From NCBI GenBank assembly GCA_964645915.1, contig CAZYDH010000009.1:1-58683 (forward strand): a DNA stretch of 58,683 nucleotides, in the 5' to 3' direction. The notes under the pieces were generated by a model, which saw only the letters and a list, made by a program, of their open reading frames with translations, ran no database searches and was not told the origin of the DNA. This DNA comes from an uncultured bacterium. GTDB taxonomy: Bacteria > Fidelibacterota > Marinisomatia > Marinisomatales > JACNKV01. A program made the position numbers and the translations under genes. Position 1 is the first letter of the stretch, and the number at the start of each line of letters is the position of its first letter. This document shows, piece after piece, positions 38,067-48,361 of this stretch.

Positions 38067-38492
38067 ATGGGAAACAGAACATTTGCTATTATTAAACCGG
38101 ATGCTGTAAGAAATAAATACACAGGAAAAATATATGACCGTATTTTAGAAGCCGGGTTTGAGATATTATCAGCAAAAAAAATACGAATGACATTAAAACA
38201 AGCAGAAGGATTTTATGCTGTGCATACGGGAAAACCGTTCTTTGCTGAACTAACAGAATTTATGTCCTCAGGACCTTGTATAGTTTTAGCACTTCAAAAG
38301 GATAATGCCGTTGAAGCATGGCGCGAAACAATTGGAGCTACAAATCCCGAAGAGGCTGCAGAAGGCACGATCCGAAAAGATTATGCTACCAGTTTAGGAC
38401 AGAATGCTGTTCACGGTTCCGATAGTGACGAAAATGCTAATTCAGAGATTGGATTCTTTTTCAGTCAGTCTGAATTGATTCAGGCACAATAA
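38067..38492 (+). CDS. ndk: Nucleoside diphosphate kinase
   Basis: RTFAIIKPDA, GATNP, GTIR, NAVHGSDS. Confidence 0.97.
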   Translation: MGNRTFAIIKPDAVRNKYTGKIYDRILEAGFEILSAKKIRMTLKQAEGFYAVHTGKPFFAELTEFMSSGPCIVLALQKDNAVEAWRETIGATNPEEAAEGTIRKDYATSLGQNAVHGSDSDENANSEIGFFFSQSELIQAQ

Positions 38493-38538
38493 ATTCGATT
38501 GATTTTTATTTAATCAACTCTCAAATTCCAGCTATATA

Positions 38539-39384
38539 ATGAATAGAAATAAGTTAAAATTGATGTTAAAATTCGCTTCAAGACTGTTTATAGTGTCCTC
38601 TCTTCTGCTCCTTAACGGATGCGGAGATAAGGGAACGGTTGGGTTTGTCGGTACTCCTGTAGAGATCACAATTGATCTAATGACTGAAGATGGTCAGTTT
38701 GATTTTCAATGGACAATCCTTCGACAACCAGATGCAAGTCTACTCACCACAAAGGATATTACTCAAACGGAAAGCCCTGCAGTGTTTTCATTTATTCCGG
38801 ATGCAAAAGGAATTTATACTATTGAGGTCAATGTTAGTCAATACGGTGATGAGTTATTCACTGAAATACACTCATTTGATATACAAAAAGCTCAAGACCA
38901 AGAAGTAATGGAAGAGCCTTTACCGATATCCACGCCGATTGAACCTGAGCCAATAATAGAGCCTGAGTCTGAGCCCTCTAAACCTGTTAAATCCTGGTTA
39001 GATGAAGAATTCCCTGAAGACACATTAAAAACAGAAATTACTGCTGACGAATCTTCAGAAGTAAAAGAAATTTCTAAACCAAAACCGGAGACACAATCTG
39101 CTCCCAAACCCGGTTCATCTATTCCCTATTTAGAGGATAGATACACTATTCAAATTGCGTCATCAAAATCGCTTGAAGAAGCTGAAAAAGTCGCTCTCAA
39201 ACTTATTGACGATGGATATGACGCTTACATTCAAAAAGCTTACTTTAAAGAAACGGATGAGATATGGTTCCGTGTGAGAGTAGGCAGTTATGAAAATCGG
39301 AAAGAAGCCGTCAATGTTTCTAACCTGATTTCTTCCAAGTTTGGTTATACCATTTGGATTGATTTTGTTCGAAAAGAAAACTAA
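38539..39384 (+). CDS. SPOR-domain lipoprotein with N-terminal Ig/PKD-like region and Pro/Glu linker
   Basis: Lipobox LNGC; YTIQIAS...WFRVRVGSY SPOR motif. Confidence 0.8.
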   Translation: MNRNKLKLMLKFASRLFIVSSLLLLNGCGDKGTVGFVGTPVEITIDLMTEDGQFDFQWTILRQPDASLLTTKDITQTESPAVFSFIPDAKGIYTIEVNVSQYGDELFTEIHSFDIQKAQDQEVMEEPLPISTPIEPEPIIEPESEPSKPVKSWLDEEFPEDTLKTEITADESSEVKEISKPKPETQSAPKPGSSIPYLEDRYTIQIASSKSLEEAEKVALKLIDDGYDAYIQKAYFKETDEIWFRVRVGSYENRKEAVNVSNLISSKFGYTIWIDFVRKEN

Positions 39385-39408
39385 TATATTAAAGACAAGG
39401 AGAATCAC

Positions 39409-40578
39409 ATGAATCCCATAAAACTCTATTTTGATATTCGAGATATTTTTCGCGCACCACGCCTGGCTTTAAGCGGTAAAAAAATATGGACATTTCTGTA
39501 TGCTAATTTAATTGGTTATATCTTATACCTTCTTTTATCCTATGCAGCTTTAGGATTGACCGGATTATGCATAAAAAGTATTTGGAATGCACATGGTCTA
39601 TTTCCGGTTCTTTGTTGCTTATCTCTACCCTGGTATTCATGGCTATTATATGGGTTAGGAATACTTTTGTGGTTTTGGGCGATCTCGTTTGCATGTACTG
39701 CAGTAGCCCGAATTACATATAAACAATTAAAAGGCGATGAATTTTTCTCATCAGGTGATGCAAGAGCATTTGTTAAAAAGCATTGGCATCCGGTGATCTT
39801 TGCTTCCATCTCCCTTTTATTGATCATTGTTTTCTTTTTAGTAATGGCCATTTTTGCCGCGTTATTAGGAAAAATTCCTTACGTTGGTGAATTTTTATTT
39901 GTGCTTCCATTTGTACTCTACTTCTTCGGTGCAATATTTACTATTTATACCGGTATAGTATTCATCATATCATTGATCTATACTCCAGCAATTGTTGCAA
40001 CGTATGAAGAAGACACTATGGGTTCAGTCTTTCAATCTTACTCCATAACTTGGTCTCAACCCTGGCGTTTTATTCTTTATCATATAGCTCTTCTTCCACT
40101 CGTAGGATTAGCTGTATCGATTATGAAATTATTTTGGATTTCTGGCTATCAATTTATCCATTGTGTTTTTGGACAGGATTGGCTAATGGGTGAAAAGTTG
40201 ACAAGAATTATGGGGTGGGCAGCCGATAAAATTGAGCCTACGGTTAATACATGTGCAAGTAACTGTTGTTGCAGCGGCGGAGGTTATCTTATCCCCTACT
40301 ACTCAAATTCAATGGTTTTATCTGGGACTGAAACTGCAGCCGCTAATATTTTAACCGGGTTTTTACTACTTCTTGTTTTCGCAATATTCTCTTATGGTTT
40401 ATCTGTTTTATCTGTCGGAGAAGTGTTGATGTTTATCATCTTTAAGAAAAAATCAAATGATGAAAATCTTCTTGAACAAAAAGATGAGGATGAACTGGAA
40501 GAAGATGAAGAATCTGAAAATGATGAAGAGTCAACAGAAGATACTGAGACAGCAGTAAAAGAGACCGAAGAAGCCTAA
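39409..40578 (+). CDS. Hypothetical polytopic membrane protein with acidic tail
   Basis: Several TM helices, CASNCCCSGGG loop, E/D-rich C-terminus; RBS AAGGAG. Confidence 0.7.
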   Translation: MNPIKLYFDIRDIFRAPRLALSGKKIWTFLYANLIGYILYLLLSYAALGLTGLCIKSIWNAHGLFPVLCCLSLPWYSWLLYGLGILLWFWAISFACTAVARITYKQLKGDEFFSSGDARAFVKKHWHPVIFASISLLLIIVFFLVMAIFAALLGKIPYVGEFLFVLPFVLYFFGAIFTIYTGIVFIISLIYTPAIVATYEEDTMGSVFQSYSITWSQPWRFILYHIALLPLVGLAVSIMKLFWISGYQFIHCVFGQDWLMGEKLTRIMGWAADKIEPTVNTCASNCCCSGGGYLIPYYSNSMVLSGTETAAANILTGFLLLLVFAIFSYGLSVLSVGEVLMFIIFKKKSNDENLLEQKDEDELEEDEESENDEESTEDTETAVKETEEA

Positions 40579-40651
40579 CCGTTCACGTCAATCAATTAGT
40601 AATTATACTCTTGTATTTTATGAATATTATTCCTACCTTTATAGGCTATAG

Positions 40652-41119
40652 ATGAAGCTATTTCGTACAGATTTAATAAATGGCTTCACCGATAGGCTTT
40701 TTGAAATACCGGTAGAATCTCTAAACAGTCCAGAAATAGAATTTTCTTCGGATACTTTGCAATGTACGATTACAAGTGAATCCTCTCCGCATGGATATCG
40801 AATAAATGGTCGGATAACCGTTCCATTTATTTTTAGATGTGATCGTTGCTTAGAATCATACCCAGATGAACAAATAATTCCTGTTTCTTTTTGGGTTACT
40901 GAAAAACTTGATTTTTCTGAAAAAGAAGAAGTTAATACACTATTTTTACCTCCTATTTCTGATTCTGTGGATCTGAATCAGATCATTTATGATCTAATTC
41001 TTGTAGAAAAACCGGTAAAATGTTTATGCAATTCTGATTGTAAAGGATTGTGTGTTCAATGTGGGAAGAACTTGAATCATCAATCATGTGACTGTTCGGA
41101 CACTTTTGAAAAAAAGTAA
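40652..41119 (+). CDS. yceD: DUF177/YceD-family protein
   Basis: CDRCL, LCNSDCKGLCVQCGKNLN..SCDC; conserved position before rpmF. Confidence 0.88.
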   Translation: MKLFRTDLINGFTDRLFEIPVESLNSPEIEFSSDTLQCTITSESSPHGYRINGRITVPFIFRCDRCLESYPDEQIIPVSFWVTEKLDFSEKEEVNTLFLPPISDSVDLNQIIYDLILVEKPVKCLCNSDCKGLCVQCGKNLNHQSCDCSDTFEKK

Positions 41120-41169
41120 TTGTTGTTCGAAATAAGACATCATTTGATGAAAGATTAGGAGAAATATTA

Positions 41170-41349
41170 ATGGCATTACCAAAGAAAAGACAGTCAAAAG
41201 CAAGAGGACGTAAGCGTCGTACTCATTATAAATCAGCAAGCGTAATGGTTACAACCTGTCCGCAATGCGATCACTCTAAAATACCTCACAGAGCTTGTCC
41301 AAATTGTGGCTACTATCGAGGTAGACCTGTTATTTCACCAACAGAATAG
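41170..41349 (+). CDS. rpmF: 50S ribosomal protein L32 (zinc-ribbon type)
   Basis: Missing from the track. MALPKKRQSKARGRKRRTHYK...CPQC...PHRACPNCGYYRGR; RBS AGGAG. Confidence 0.97.
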   Translation: MALPKKRQSKARGRKRRTHYKSASVMVTTCPQCDHSKIPHRACPNCGYYRGRPVISPTE

Positions 41350-41364
41350 ACTCCTCTCTATTTA

Positions 41365-42369
41365 ATGATTCTTGCCTTAGATGCTATGGGAGGAGATTTT
41401 GCTCCCATGGCCGTAGTCCAAGGGGCTTTGGATGTTCTTCCTGAAACTCCTGATTCTCTTCATTTAATTTTAGTAGGTGATGAACAGGCTATTCGAAAAG
41501 AATTGCCAAAGCAAATCCCTTCTAGAATTTCTATCCATCCGACTTCACAAATTGTTACCATGGAAGATCGTGGAGCATCCGTGATCAAATCTAAACCTGA
41601 TTCCTCTCTTGTAACAGGTATCCGGTTGGTCAAATCCAAAAAAGCTGATGGTTTTATTAGTGCCGGTAATACCGGTGCGGTTATGGCTACATCTTTATTA
41701 CTATTTGGAAGAATTAAAGGTGTTCGACGTCCAGCTCTTGGTGCTTACATTCCGACCGTAAAAGGCGGAAAGATCCTTTGTGATGTGGGAGCTAATCCGG
41801 AAGTAAAACCCTATCATCTTATGCAATTTGCAATCATGGCTTCACATTACTACCGTCATATTGAAGGTGGTGAAGATATTAAGATCGGGTTGGTCAATAT
41901 TGGTGCTGAACCGGAAAAAGGAAGTGACCTTTATCAAAAAGCCCACACACTACTCAGTCAAGAGTTACCAGAATTCATTGGAAATATTGAAGGAAGACAC
42001 TTGTTGGATTCTGAAGCAAATATTTTAGTTTGTGACGGATTTGTAGGAAATACATTATTGAAATTTGCTGAAGGTTGGATTAAAACCCTTACATCAGAAA
42101 TTAAGTCGATGATTGGTCAAAATATCTTATATCGCTTCGCAGTTTTATTACTATTACCTATTCTGAAACGATTTCAAAAACGTTATGACTACGAAGAACA
42201 CGGTGGAACTCCTCTTTTAGGTGTGAATGGTATTTCTATTATCACGCATGGAAGTGCGAGTGCAAAAGCAATTAAAAATTCTATCCTTGCTGCAAAAAAA
42301 TGTATTGATACTGAACTAATTAAAAATACTCAAAAAAGTCTATCTGAACACTTAGGAGCCAGAGAATGA
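41365..42369 (+). CDS. plsX: Phosphate acyltransferase
   Basis: DAMGGDFAP, SAGNTGA, RPAL, DVGAN, CDGFVGN. Confidence 0.96.
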   Translation: MILALDAMGGDFAPMAVVQGALDVLPETPDSLHLILVGDEQAIRKELPKQIPSRISIHPTSQIVTMEDRGASVIKSKPDSSLVTGIRLVKSKKADGFISAGNTGAVMATSLLLFGRIKGVRRPALGAYIPTVKGGKILCDVGANPEVKPYHLMQFAIMASHYYRHIEGGEDIKIGLVNIGAEPEKGSDLYQKAHTLLSQELPEFIGNIEGRHLLDSEANILVCDGFVGNTLLKFAEGWIKTLTSEIKSMIGQNILYRFAVLLLLPILKRFQKRYDYEEHGGTPLLGVNGISIITHGSASAKAIKNSILAAKKCIDTELIKNTQKSLSEHLGARE

Positions 42370-43355
42370 ACGCCACGATTACTGCAACGGCACGGTATCT
42401 CCCTGAAAGGGTATTAACAAATTTTGACCTGGAAAAAATAATCGACACATCCGATGAATGGATTCGTACACGGACCGGAATTGAAAAACGACATATCGTT
42501 TCAGAAGGACAAGCAACCTCAGATATGTCCACTCATGTTGCTAAACAACTGTTAGAACGTTCAGATACTGATCCTAATGATGTAGATGTTATTATCATAG
42601 CAACCGTCACACCTGATAAACTTTTTCCATCAACTGCAGCACTTGTTCAGAACAATATTTCTGCGAAAAATGCGTGGGGATATGATCTCTCCGGTGCTTG
42701 TACAGGATTTTTATACGCTTTGGAAGCGGGTACCAATTTAATTTCCTCTGGTAAATATAAAAAAGTAATGGTCATTGGTGCAGACACGATGAGTTCCATT
42801 GTAGATTATACTGATCGAAATACATGTGTTTTATTTGGAGACGGTGCAGGTGGAGTTATGTTAGAACCTTCCGATAATAACAGCGGTATTATTGATTCAA
42901 TTCTGCGAATTGATGGTTCAGGCGGTGATTATCTGCAGATGCCTGCAGGAGGAAGTCTTAACCCATCTTCTCAAGAAACAGTAGAAAAACGTATGCATTA
43001 TATCCATCAAGATGGCAGAACCGTGTTTAAATTTGCAGTAAAAGGAATGGCAGATATAAGTGCCGACATATTAAAAAAACATAATATTCTTGGTGAAGAA
43101 ATTAAATTATTTGTTCCACATCAGGCAAATAAGCGAATTATCGATGCGGCTGCTCAAAGATGTGGCATTGATGAAAGTCAAGTTTTAGTGAATATTAACA
43201 AGTTTGGAAACACAACTGCCGCTACAATCCCTATTGGGTTAGATGAAGCTGTTGAACATAAAACTATACAAGAAGGAGATCTTGTCTTGCTAGCAGCATT
43301 TGGTGCAGGATTTACTTGGGGAAGTACGCTGATTCGTTGGGGAGATCTATCATGA
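42366..43355 (+). CDS. fabH: Beta-ketoacyl-ACP synthase III
   Basis: DTSDEWIRTRTGI, ACTGF, PHQAN, GNT. Confidence 0.96.
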   Translation: MNATITATARYLPERVLTNFDLEKIIDTSDEWIRTRTGIEKRHIVSEGQATSDMSTHVAKQLLERSDTDPNDVDVIIIATVTPDKLFPSTAALVQNNISAKNAWGYDLSGACTGFLYALEAGTNLISSGKYKKVMVIGADTMSSIVDYTDRNTCVLFGDGAGGVMLEPSDNNSGIIDSILRIDGSGGDYLQMPAGGSLNPSSQETVEKRMHYIHQDGRTVFKFAVKGMADISADILKKHNILGEEIKLFVPHQANKRIIDAAAQRCGIDESQVLVNINKFGNTTAATIPIGLDEAVEHKTIQEGDLVLLAAFGAGFTWGSTLIRWGDLS

Positions 43356-44275
43356 AATATGCATTCATTTTCCCGGGACAGGCCTCCCAAAAAGTAGGGA
43401 TGGGATTAGACCTTTATGAAAATACTGATCTTGGAAAAAAATACTTTACTTTAGCTAATGATATTATGGGGATCAACCTTTGTGATATCATATTTAATGG
43501 TCCCGAAGACATTTTAAAACAAACAAAATATACTCAGCCCTCTATTTATGTAGTTAGTGTCATATTAGGAAAGTTTTTATTAGATAAAGGAATCTCCCCT
43601 TCTGTTCTCGCCGGTCATAGTTTAGGAGAATATTCAGCACTTGCTGTGGCAGATGCATTTGATTTTGAAACTGGATTGCAACTAGTTAAAGTCAGAGCTG
43701 ATAGTATGCAAACTTCCGGTGAACAAAACTCCGGAACGATGGCAGCTATTATGGGAATAGATGATGCAAAAATCTATGAACTATGTGATGAGTCTAAAGA
43801 TTCTGGAATAGTAGTTCCTGCTAATTTTAATGCTCCGGGGCAAGTTGTCATCTCAGGTGAAGTAAACGCAATTCATACAGCAATGGAAAAGGCAAAAGAT
43901 TTTGGAGCGCGCAAAGTGGTTGAGTTAAATGTCAGCGGTGCATTTCATTCTCCCTTAATGTCTTCAGCAAGAGAATCACTTGCAGAGATGGTAAATTCCA
44001 TCGAAATTAGGGAGTCTAAATTTCCGGTTATTTCTAATGTTTCGGCTAAACCCGTTACAGCTGTTACAGATATTCGTAATAATCTGATAAAACAGTTAGA
44101 GAGCCCGGTTTTATGGAGTACTTCGATACAGAATATGATTTCGATGGGTATTCAGCATTTTGTTGAAGTGGGTCCCGGGAGAGTTCTTCAAGGTTTAGTC
44201 AGACGGATTGATCGGTCATTAACCGTATCCGGAGTGGAAACATTCACCCAAATAAGTGATTTTAAAAATGTTTGA
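43352..44275 (+). CDS. fabD: Malonyl-CoA:ACP transacylase
   Basis: FPGQ, GHSLGEY, VSGAFHS; start at the ATGA overlap 43352. Confidence 0.96.
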   Translation: MKYAFIFPGQASQKVGMGLDLYENTDLGKKYFTLANDIMGINLCDIIFNGPEDILKQTKYTQPSIYVVSVILGKFLLDKGISPSVLAGHSLGEYSALAVADAFDFETGLQLVKVRADSMQTSGEQNSGTMAAIMGIDDAKIYELCDESKDSGIVVPANFNAPGQVVISGEVNAIHTAMEKAKDFGARKVVELNVSGAFHSPLMSSARESLAEMVNSIEIRESKFPVISNVSAKPVTAVTDIRNNLIKQLESPVLWSTSIQNMISMGIQHFVEVGPGRVLQGLVRRIDRSLTVSGVETFTQISDFKNV

Positions 44276-45014
44276 TTTGCATAATAAAACAGCCATCATT
44301 ACCGGTTCATCTAGAGGAATTGGGTACGCAATTGCCAAACAATTAGGTGAAGCGGGTGCCCATGTTATTCTTATTAGCAGAAACCAAAAAGATATCGATG
44401 CTATTGCAACAGAATTCAATGCAATGGGACTTAAAGCATCCGCTTTTGCTTGTGACGTATCAAATTTAGAAAATGTTCAAGCGATATTTAAGTCCGTTAT
44501 TAGCGAAACTGGACGGATTGATATTTTAATAAACAATGCAGGAATTACCAGAGATACACTCATTATGCGTATGTCAGAAGAAGATTGGGATTCCGTTTTG
44601 AATATTAATCTCAAAGGTGCATTTAATTGTACGAAAGCAGCCACTCGTCCTATGATGAAACAGAGATGTGGTAGAATTATCAACATCACCTCTGTAGTTG
44701 GTCTTACCGGTAACGCAGGCCAAATAAATTATGCTGCCTCGAAAGCCGGAATGATCGGGATGACAAAATCGATCGCAAAAGAACTTGCCGCTCGAGGTAT
44801 TACAGCAAATTGTATCGCCCCTGGATACATTGAAACAGAAATGACCAATGAATTAACTGAAGAGCAAAAAACAGCTCTTATGCAACAAATTCCTCTCGGA
44901 AAAATTGGAAATGCTAAAGATATTGCATACACTGCATTATTTTTAGCTTCAGATGAAGCAAATTACATCACCGGACAGACATTCACTGTCGATGGTGGTA
45001 TGGTTACACAATAA
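44268..45014 (+). CDS. fabG: 3-oxoacyl-ACP reductase
   Basis: [24 protein letters not shown]; start ATG 44268. Confidence 0.96.
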   Translation: MFDLHNKTAIITGSSRGIGYAIAKQLGEAGAHVILISRNQKDIDAIATEFNAMGLKASAFACDVSNLENVQAIFKSVISETGRIDILINNAGITRDTLIMRMSEEDWDSVLNINLKGAFNCTKAATRPMMKQRCGRIINITSVVGLTGNAGQINYAASKAGMIGMTKSIAKELAARGITANCIAPGYIETEMTNELTEEQKTALMQQIPLGKIGNAKDIAYTALFLASDEANYITGQTFTVDGGMVTQ

Positions 45015-45028
45015 AAAAGGAGAAACGA

Positions 45029-45256
45029 ATGTCAGCATTTGATAAAGTAAAAGAAGTTGTCATGGACAAACTTGGAGTTGAAGAAGATAAAATTACAATG
45101 GAAGCATCTTTCATTGATGATTTAGGTGCCGATTCTTTAGATACAGTCGAGTTGATCATGGATCTTGAAGAAGAATTTGGAATTGAAATTCCTGATGAAG
45201 ATGCAGAAAAACTGACTACTGTCGGAGCCGTCATCGAATACGTTGAAGGCAAATAA
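45029..45256 (+). CDS. acpP: Acyl carrier protein
   Basis: [12 protein letters not shown]; RBS AAGGAG. Confidence 0.97.
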   Translation: MSAFDKVKEVVMDKLGVEEDKITMEASFIDDLGADSLDTVELIMDLEEEFGIEIPDEDAEKLTTVGAVIEYVEGK

Positions 45257-45287
45257 GATTAAAAACACCTACTCATAAAGGATTGTT

Positions 45288-46535
45288 ATGGATAAGCCAC
45301 GTGTTGTTATTACCGGATTAGGTGCATTAACACCAAACGGTAATTCAGTTTCTGAATATTGGGATGCAATAACTGCAGGACGCAGTGGTATTGACCATAT
45401 TTCCTATTTTGATACGGAAAATTTCCCCGTTAAGATTGCGGGAGAATTATCCGGGTTTGATCCAACTCAACACCTGGACCAAAAAGATATTCGTAAATTG
45501 GATAATTTTTCAGTTTATGCTCTTGTAGCTTCACAAGAAGCAGTTACACACGCCAACATTAATTGGGATTCAATTGATTCTCATCGTGTTGGCGTCATTT
45601 TTGGGTCCGGTGTTGGCGGAATTCAAACTTTAGAAGAGCAACACAATGCACTTCTCAACCGAGGACCACGTCGAGTCTCGCCACAATTTGTTCCTAAGAT
45701 GATCGCCAATATCGCTGCAGGTCAAGTTGCAATTCGATTTGGATGTCAAGGACCAAACCAAACAGTTGTTTCTGCTTGTTCTTCTGCAACGGATGCAATA
45801 GGAATGGCACTAAGACTGATACAAGCCGGTGATGCAGATATGATCATTACAGGTGGAACTGAAGCAAGTATTACCCCTTTGACAATTTCCGGTTTCGCAA
45901 ATATGAAAGCGTTATCAACCAGAAATGAGGACCCCAAAGGAGCAAGTCGTCCGTTCGATAAAGACAGGAATGGATTTGTCATGGGTGAAGGTGCAGGTAT
46001 CCTTATTATTGAAACCGAGGAGCATGCTAAAATACGTGGTGCTACGATCCTTGCTGAACTAGCCGGGTATGGAGCAACAGATGATGCTCATCATATCACT
46101 CAACCAGCTCCGGGTGGAGCCGGTGCTATTCGAGCAATGAAACGGTGTCTTGAAGATGCAGGATTAGAAACAAACGAAGTTGATTATATCAATGCACATG
46201 GGACGTCTACCCCGTTTAATGATAAAACTGAAACAGCTGCAATTAAGGAAGTTTTCGGTGATCATGCTTCAAACCTTAAGATCAGTTCCACCAAATCAAT
46301 GACCGGACATTTATTAGGTGCAAGTGGAGGTATTGAAGCAATTGCTGCAGTTCAATCCATACAAAATGGAATTGTACCACCCACAATCAATTACACAACT
46401 CAAGACCCGGAATGTGATTTAGATTATGTGCCAAATGTAGCCCAACAACATGATGTAAATGTCATTATGTCCAATACATTTGGATTTGGTGGTCATAACG
46501 GTGTAATCTGTATTCGCAAATGGAGAGACAGTTAA
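45288..46535 (+). CDS. fabF: Beta-ketoacyl-ACP synthase II
   Basis: RVVITGLG, SACSS, NAHGTST, KSMTGHLLGA, FGFGGHN. Confidence 0.96.
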   Translation: MDKPRVVITGLGALTPNGNSVSEYWDAITAGRSGIDHISYFDTENFPVKIAGELSGFDPTQHLDQKDIRKLDNFSVYALVASQEAVTHANINWDSIDSHRVGVIFGSGVGGIQTLEEQHNALLNRGPRRVSPQFVPKMIANIAAGQVAIRFGCQGPNQTVVSACSSATDAIGMALRLIQAGDADMIITGGTEASITPLTISGFANMKALSTRNEDPKGASRPFDKDRNGFVMGEGAGILIIETEEHAKIRGATILAELAGYGATDDAHHITQPAPGGAGAIRAMKRCLEDAGLETNEVDYINAHGTSTPFNDKTETAAIKEVFGDHASNLKISSTKSMTGHLLGASGGIEAIAAVQSIQNGIVPPTINYTTQDPECDLDYVPNVAQQHDVNVIMSNTFGFGGHNGVICIRKWRDS

Positions 46536-46589
46536 TCTACACGAATCTATTAAACGAATCTTTTAGATTATTAACGATCGTTTCATGAT

Positions 46590-47303
46590 ATGATCGTGAA
46601 AGTATTGCGTAAACTTCAAACATGTTTTCTTTTTAAAAAAAGCAAATACTCCGCGCTTGAAAAACAGATAAGATATTCATTTAAAAACACTTTTCTGTTA
46701 GAACAAGCCCTTACCCATCGATCTGTCGATCCAAGACCTAACAAGAATTACGAACGTTTAGAGTTCCTTGGAGATTCAATTATTGATATAGTAGTAAGTG
46801 AATCTTTAATGAAAGAATTTTCTGAAGGAGATGAAGGACTATTAACCAAAAAACGGTCTGCATTAGTTCAAAAGGAATTTTTGTCATCAATGGGAAGACT
46901 CCTTCATTTACTGGATTATATTCACATTGAGTCATCCGTTGATATCCGTGTAGAGAAAGTAGCTACAAAACAACAGGCTAACCTTTACGAAGCGTTGATC
47001 GGAGCAATTTATTTAGATGGAGGTCTCCCTCCCTGTGAAAAACTCATCAATAATACAATTTGGAGTCACCGTCAAGAAGCATGGAAATCCAAAAATTATA
47101 AAGGAAGACTGATTGAATTGTGCCACATACGAAAATTGAAGAACCCACAATTCAAAGTATGTCAGATTACCGGACTTGAACACCAGCGCACTTTTGAAAT
47201 ACAAGTGCAAATTGGTGATAAATTGTTTACTCCCGGAATTGGAACCAGTAAAAAAGATGCTGAGCAATCCGCTGCTCAAAATGCATTAGATAGTCTTCTC
47301 TGA
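46590..47303 (+). CDS. rnc: Ribonuclease III
   Basis: ALTHRS, NYERLEFLGDS, EALIGAIYLD, C-terminal dsRBD. Confidence 0.95.
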   Translation: MIVKVLRKLQTCFLFKKSKYSALEKQIRYSFKNTFLLEQALTHRSVDPRPNKNYERLEFLGDSIIDIVVSESLMKEFSEGDEGLLTKKRSALVQKEFLSSMGRLLHLLDYIHIESSVDIRVEKVATKQQANLYEALIGAIYLDGGLPPCEKLINNTIWSHRQEAWKSKNYKGRLIELCHIRKLKNPQFKVCQITGLEHQRTFEIQVQIGDKLFTPGIGTSKKDAEQSAAQNALDSLL

Positions 47304-47315
47304 CTTTAACAGAGT

Positions 47316-48359
47316 TTAAACGTTTCCTAATTGTCCCTTTAAATTTTCTATTTTATATACCGGACTTGGATCTGTCTTGTGAATTGTTGCACACCAATAA
47401 CTTACCCAGTCACCAAAATATATCAGATGTAAAAATCTCGCAGACAATGTATCGCCGTCGACATTTACAGTTTCTTGATTTAAAGTCACATTTTTCAAGA
47501 TATTTTCGGTAAATGTTTGTCTATATTTCACGCGTTCGTTATCATCATGATCTTTTAACCAAACCAATACGATCTTATCAATAACCGATTGATTATTTTC
47601 CCATCCGACAATTTCGTTATGGTTCAGCTCGGGAAGTTCATTATGATATGCTAACATTTTTGCATTCTCACATATCTGTCCTTTCCATCGCATTGCAGCT
47701 ATTCCTGATGTAGTTGTTTGTCCATAGATCACAGGCAATTTATCAGCAAGTTTCTCAGCAAGTTTTAAGGTAGGATTGTCTGTTTGTTGTTCTGAATAAA
47801 TTAATCGTTTTTCTTTTAACAATGAGATAACGTTATCTAACTCATCTATGGGTTTATGGTCGATTAATTTAAATTTATGGAGCAAATTCAACATCGGAAC
47901 AAATGAGAACGCCATGGCTGCACGAGGTTGTAATCCTGAAGGAATTACTAAACACGGGTATTGGTTATTTGTTAATTTTTCTAAAAGTTTTCCACCGGTA
48001 GTGATTCCAACAATATAAGCACCTTTTCTCTTGGCATCTTCAAATGCTGCTAAGGTCTCTTCTGTATTTCCGGAGTACGAAGAACAAATGACCAATGTAC
48101 GGTTATATACCCAACTTGGTAATTCATAATGTCGTGAAACAATCAAAGGTATTGACAGTTGATCTTTTGTTAAAACGTTAACTACATCTCCCCCAATTGC
48201 GGAACCTCCCATCCCTGCTATACAAATATTTCTGAAACTCGGGTACTCAGCATTTAAGGGTGATGAGAGATCTATTTCTAATGCATCCGTTATATTCTCA
48301 GCAAATTCATAAATAGATTGTGCCATCTCAGCAGGATCATTAATCGTATATTTAGTCAT
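47316..48359 (-). CDS. Bifunctional phosphoglucose/phosphomannose isomerase
   Basis: GMGGSAIGG, SYSGNTEET, QPRAA, ENAK, PELNHNEI. Confidence 0.9.
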   Translation of the reverse strand: MTKYTINDPAEMAQSIYEFAENITDALEIDLSSPLNAEYPSFRNICIAGMGGSAIGGDVVNVLTKDQLSIPLIVSRHYELPSWVYNRTLVICSSYSGNTEETLAAFEDAKRKGAYIVGITTGGKLLEKLTNNQYPCLVIPSGLQPRAAMAFSFVPMLNLLHKFKLIDHKPIDELDNVISLLKEKRLIYSEQQTDNPTLKLAEKLADKLPVIYGQTTTSGIAAMRWKGQICENAKMLAYHNELPELNHNEIVGWENNQSVIDKIVLVWLKDHDDNERVKYRQTFTENILKNVTLNQETVNVDGDTLSARFLHLIYFGDWVSYWCATIHKTDPSPVYKIENLKGQLGNV

Positions 48360-48361
48360 TT

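Noticed and set aside
46531-46575. RNase III autoregulatory stem or ACGAATCT direct repeat upstream of rnc
   Set aside because: Short, AT-rich and bulged; compatible with chance
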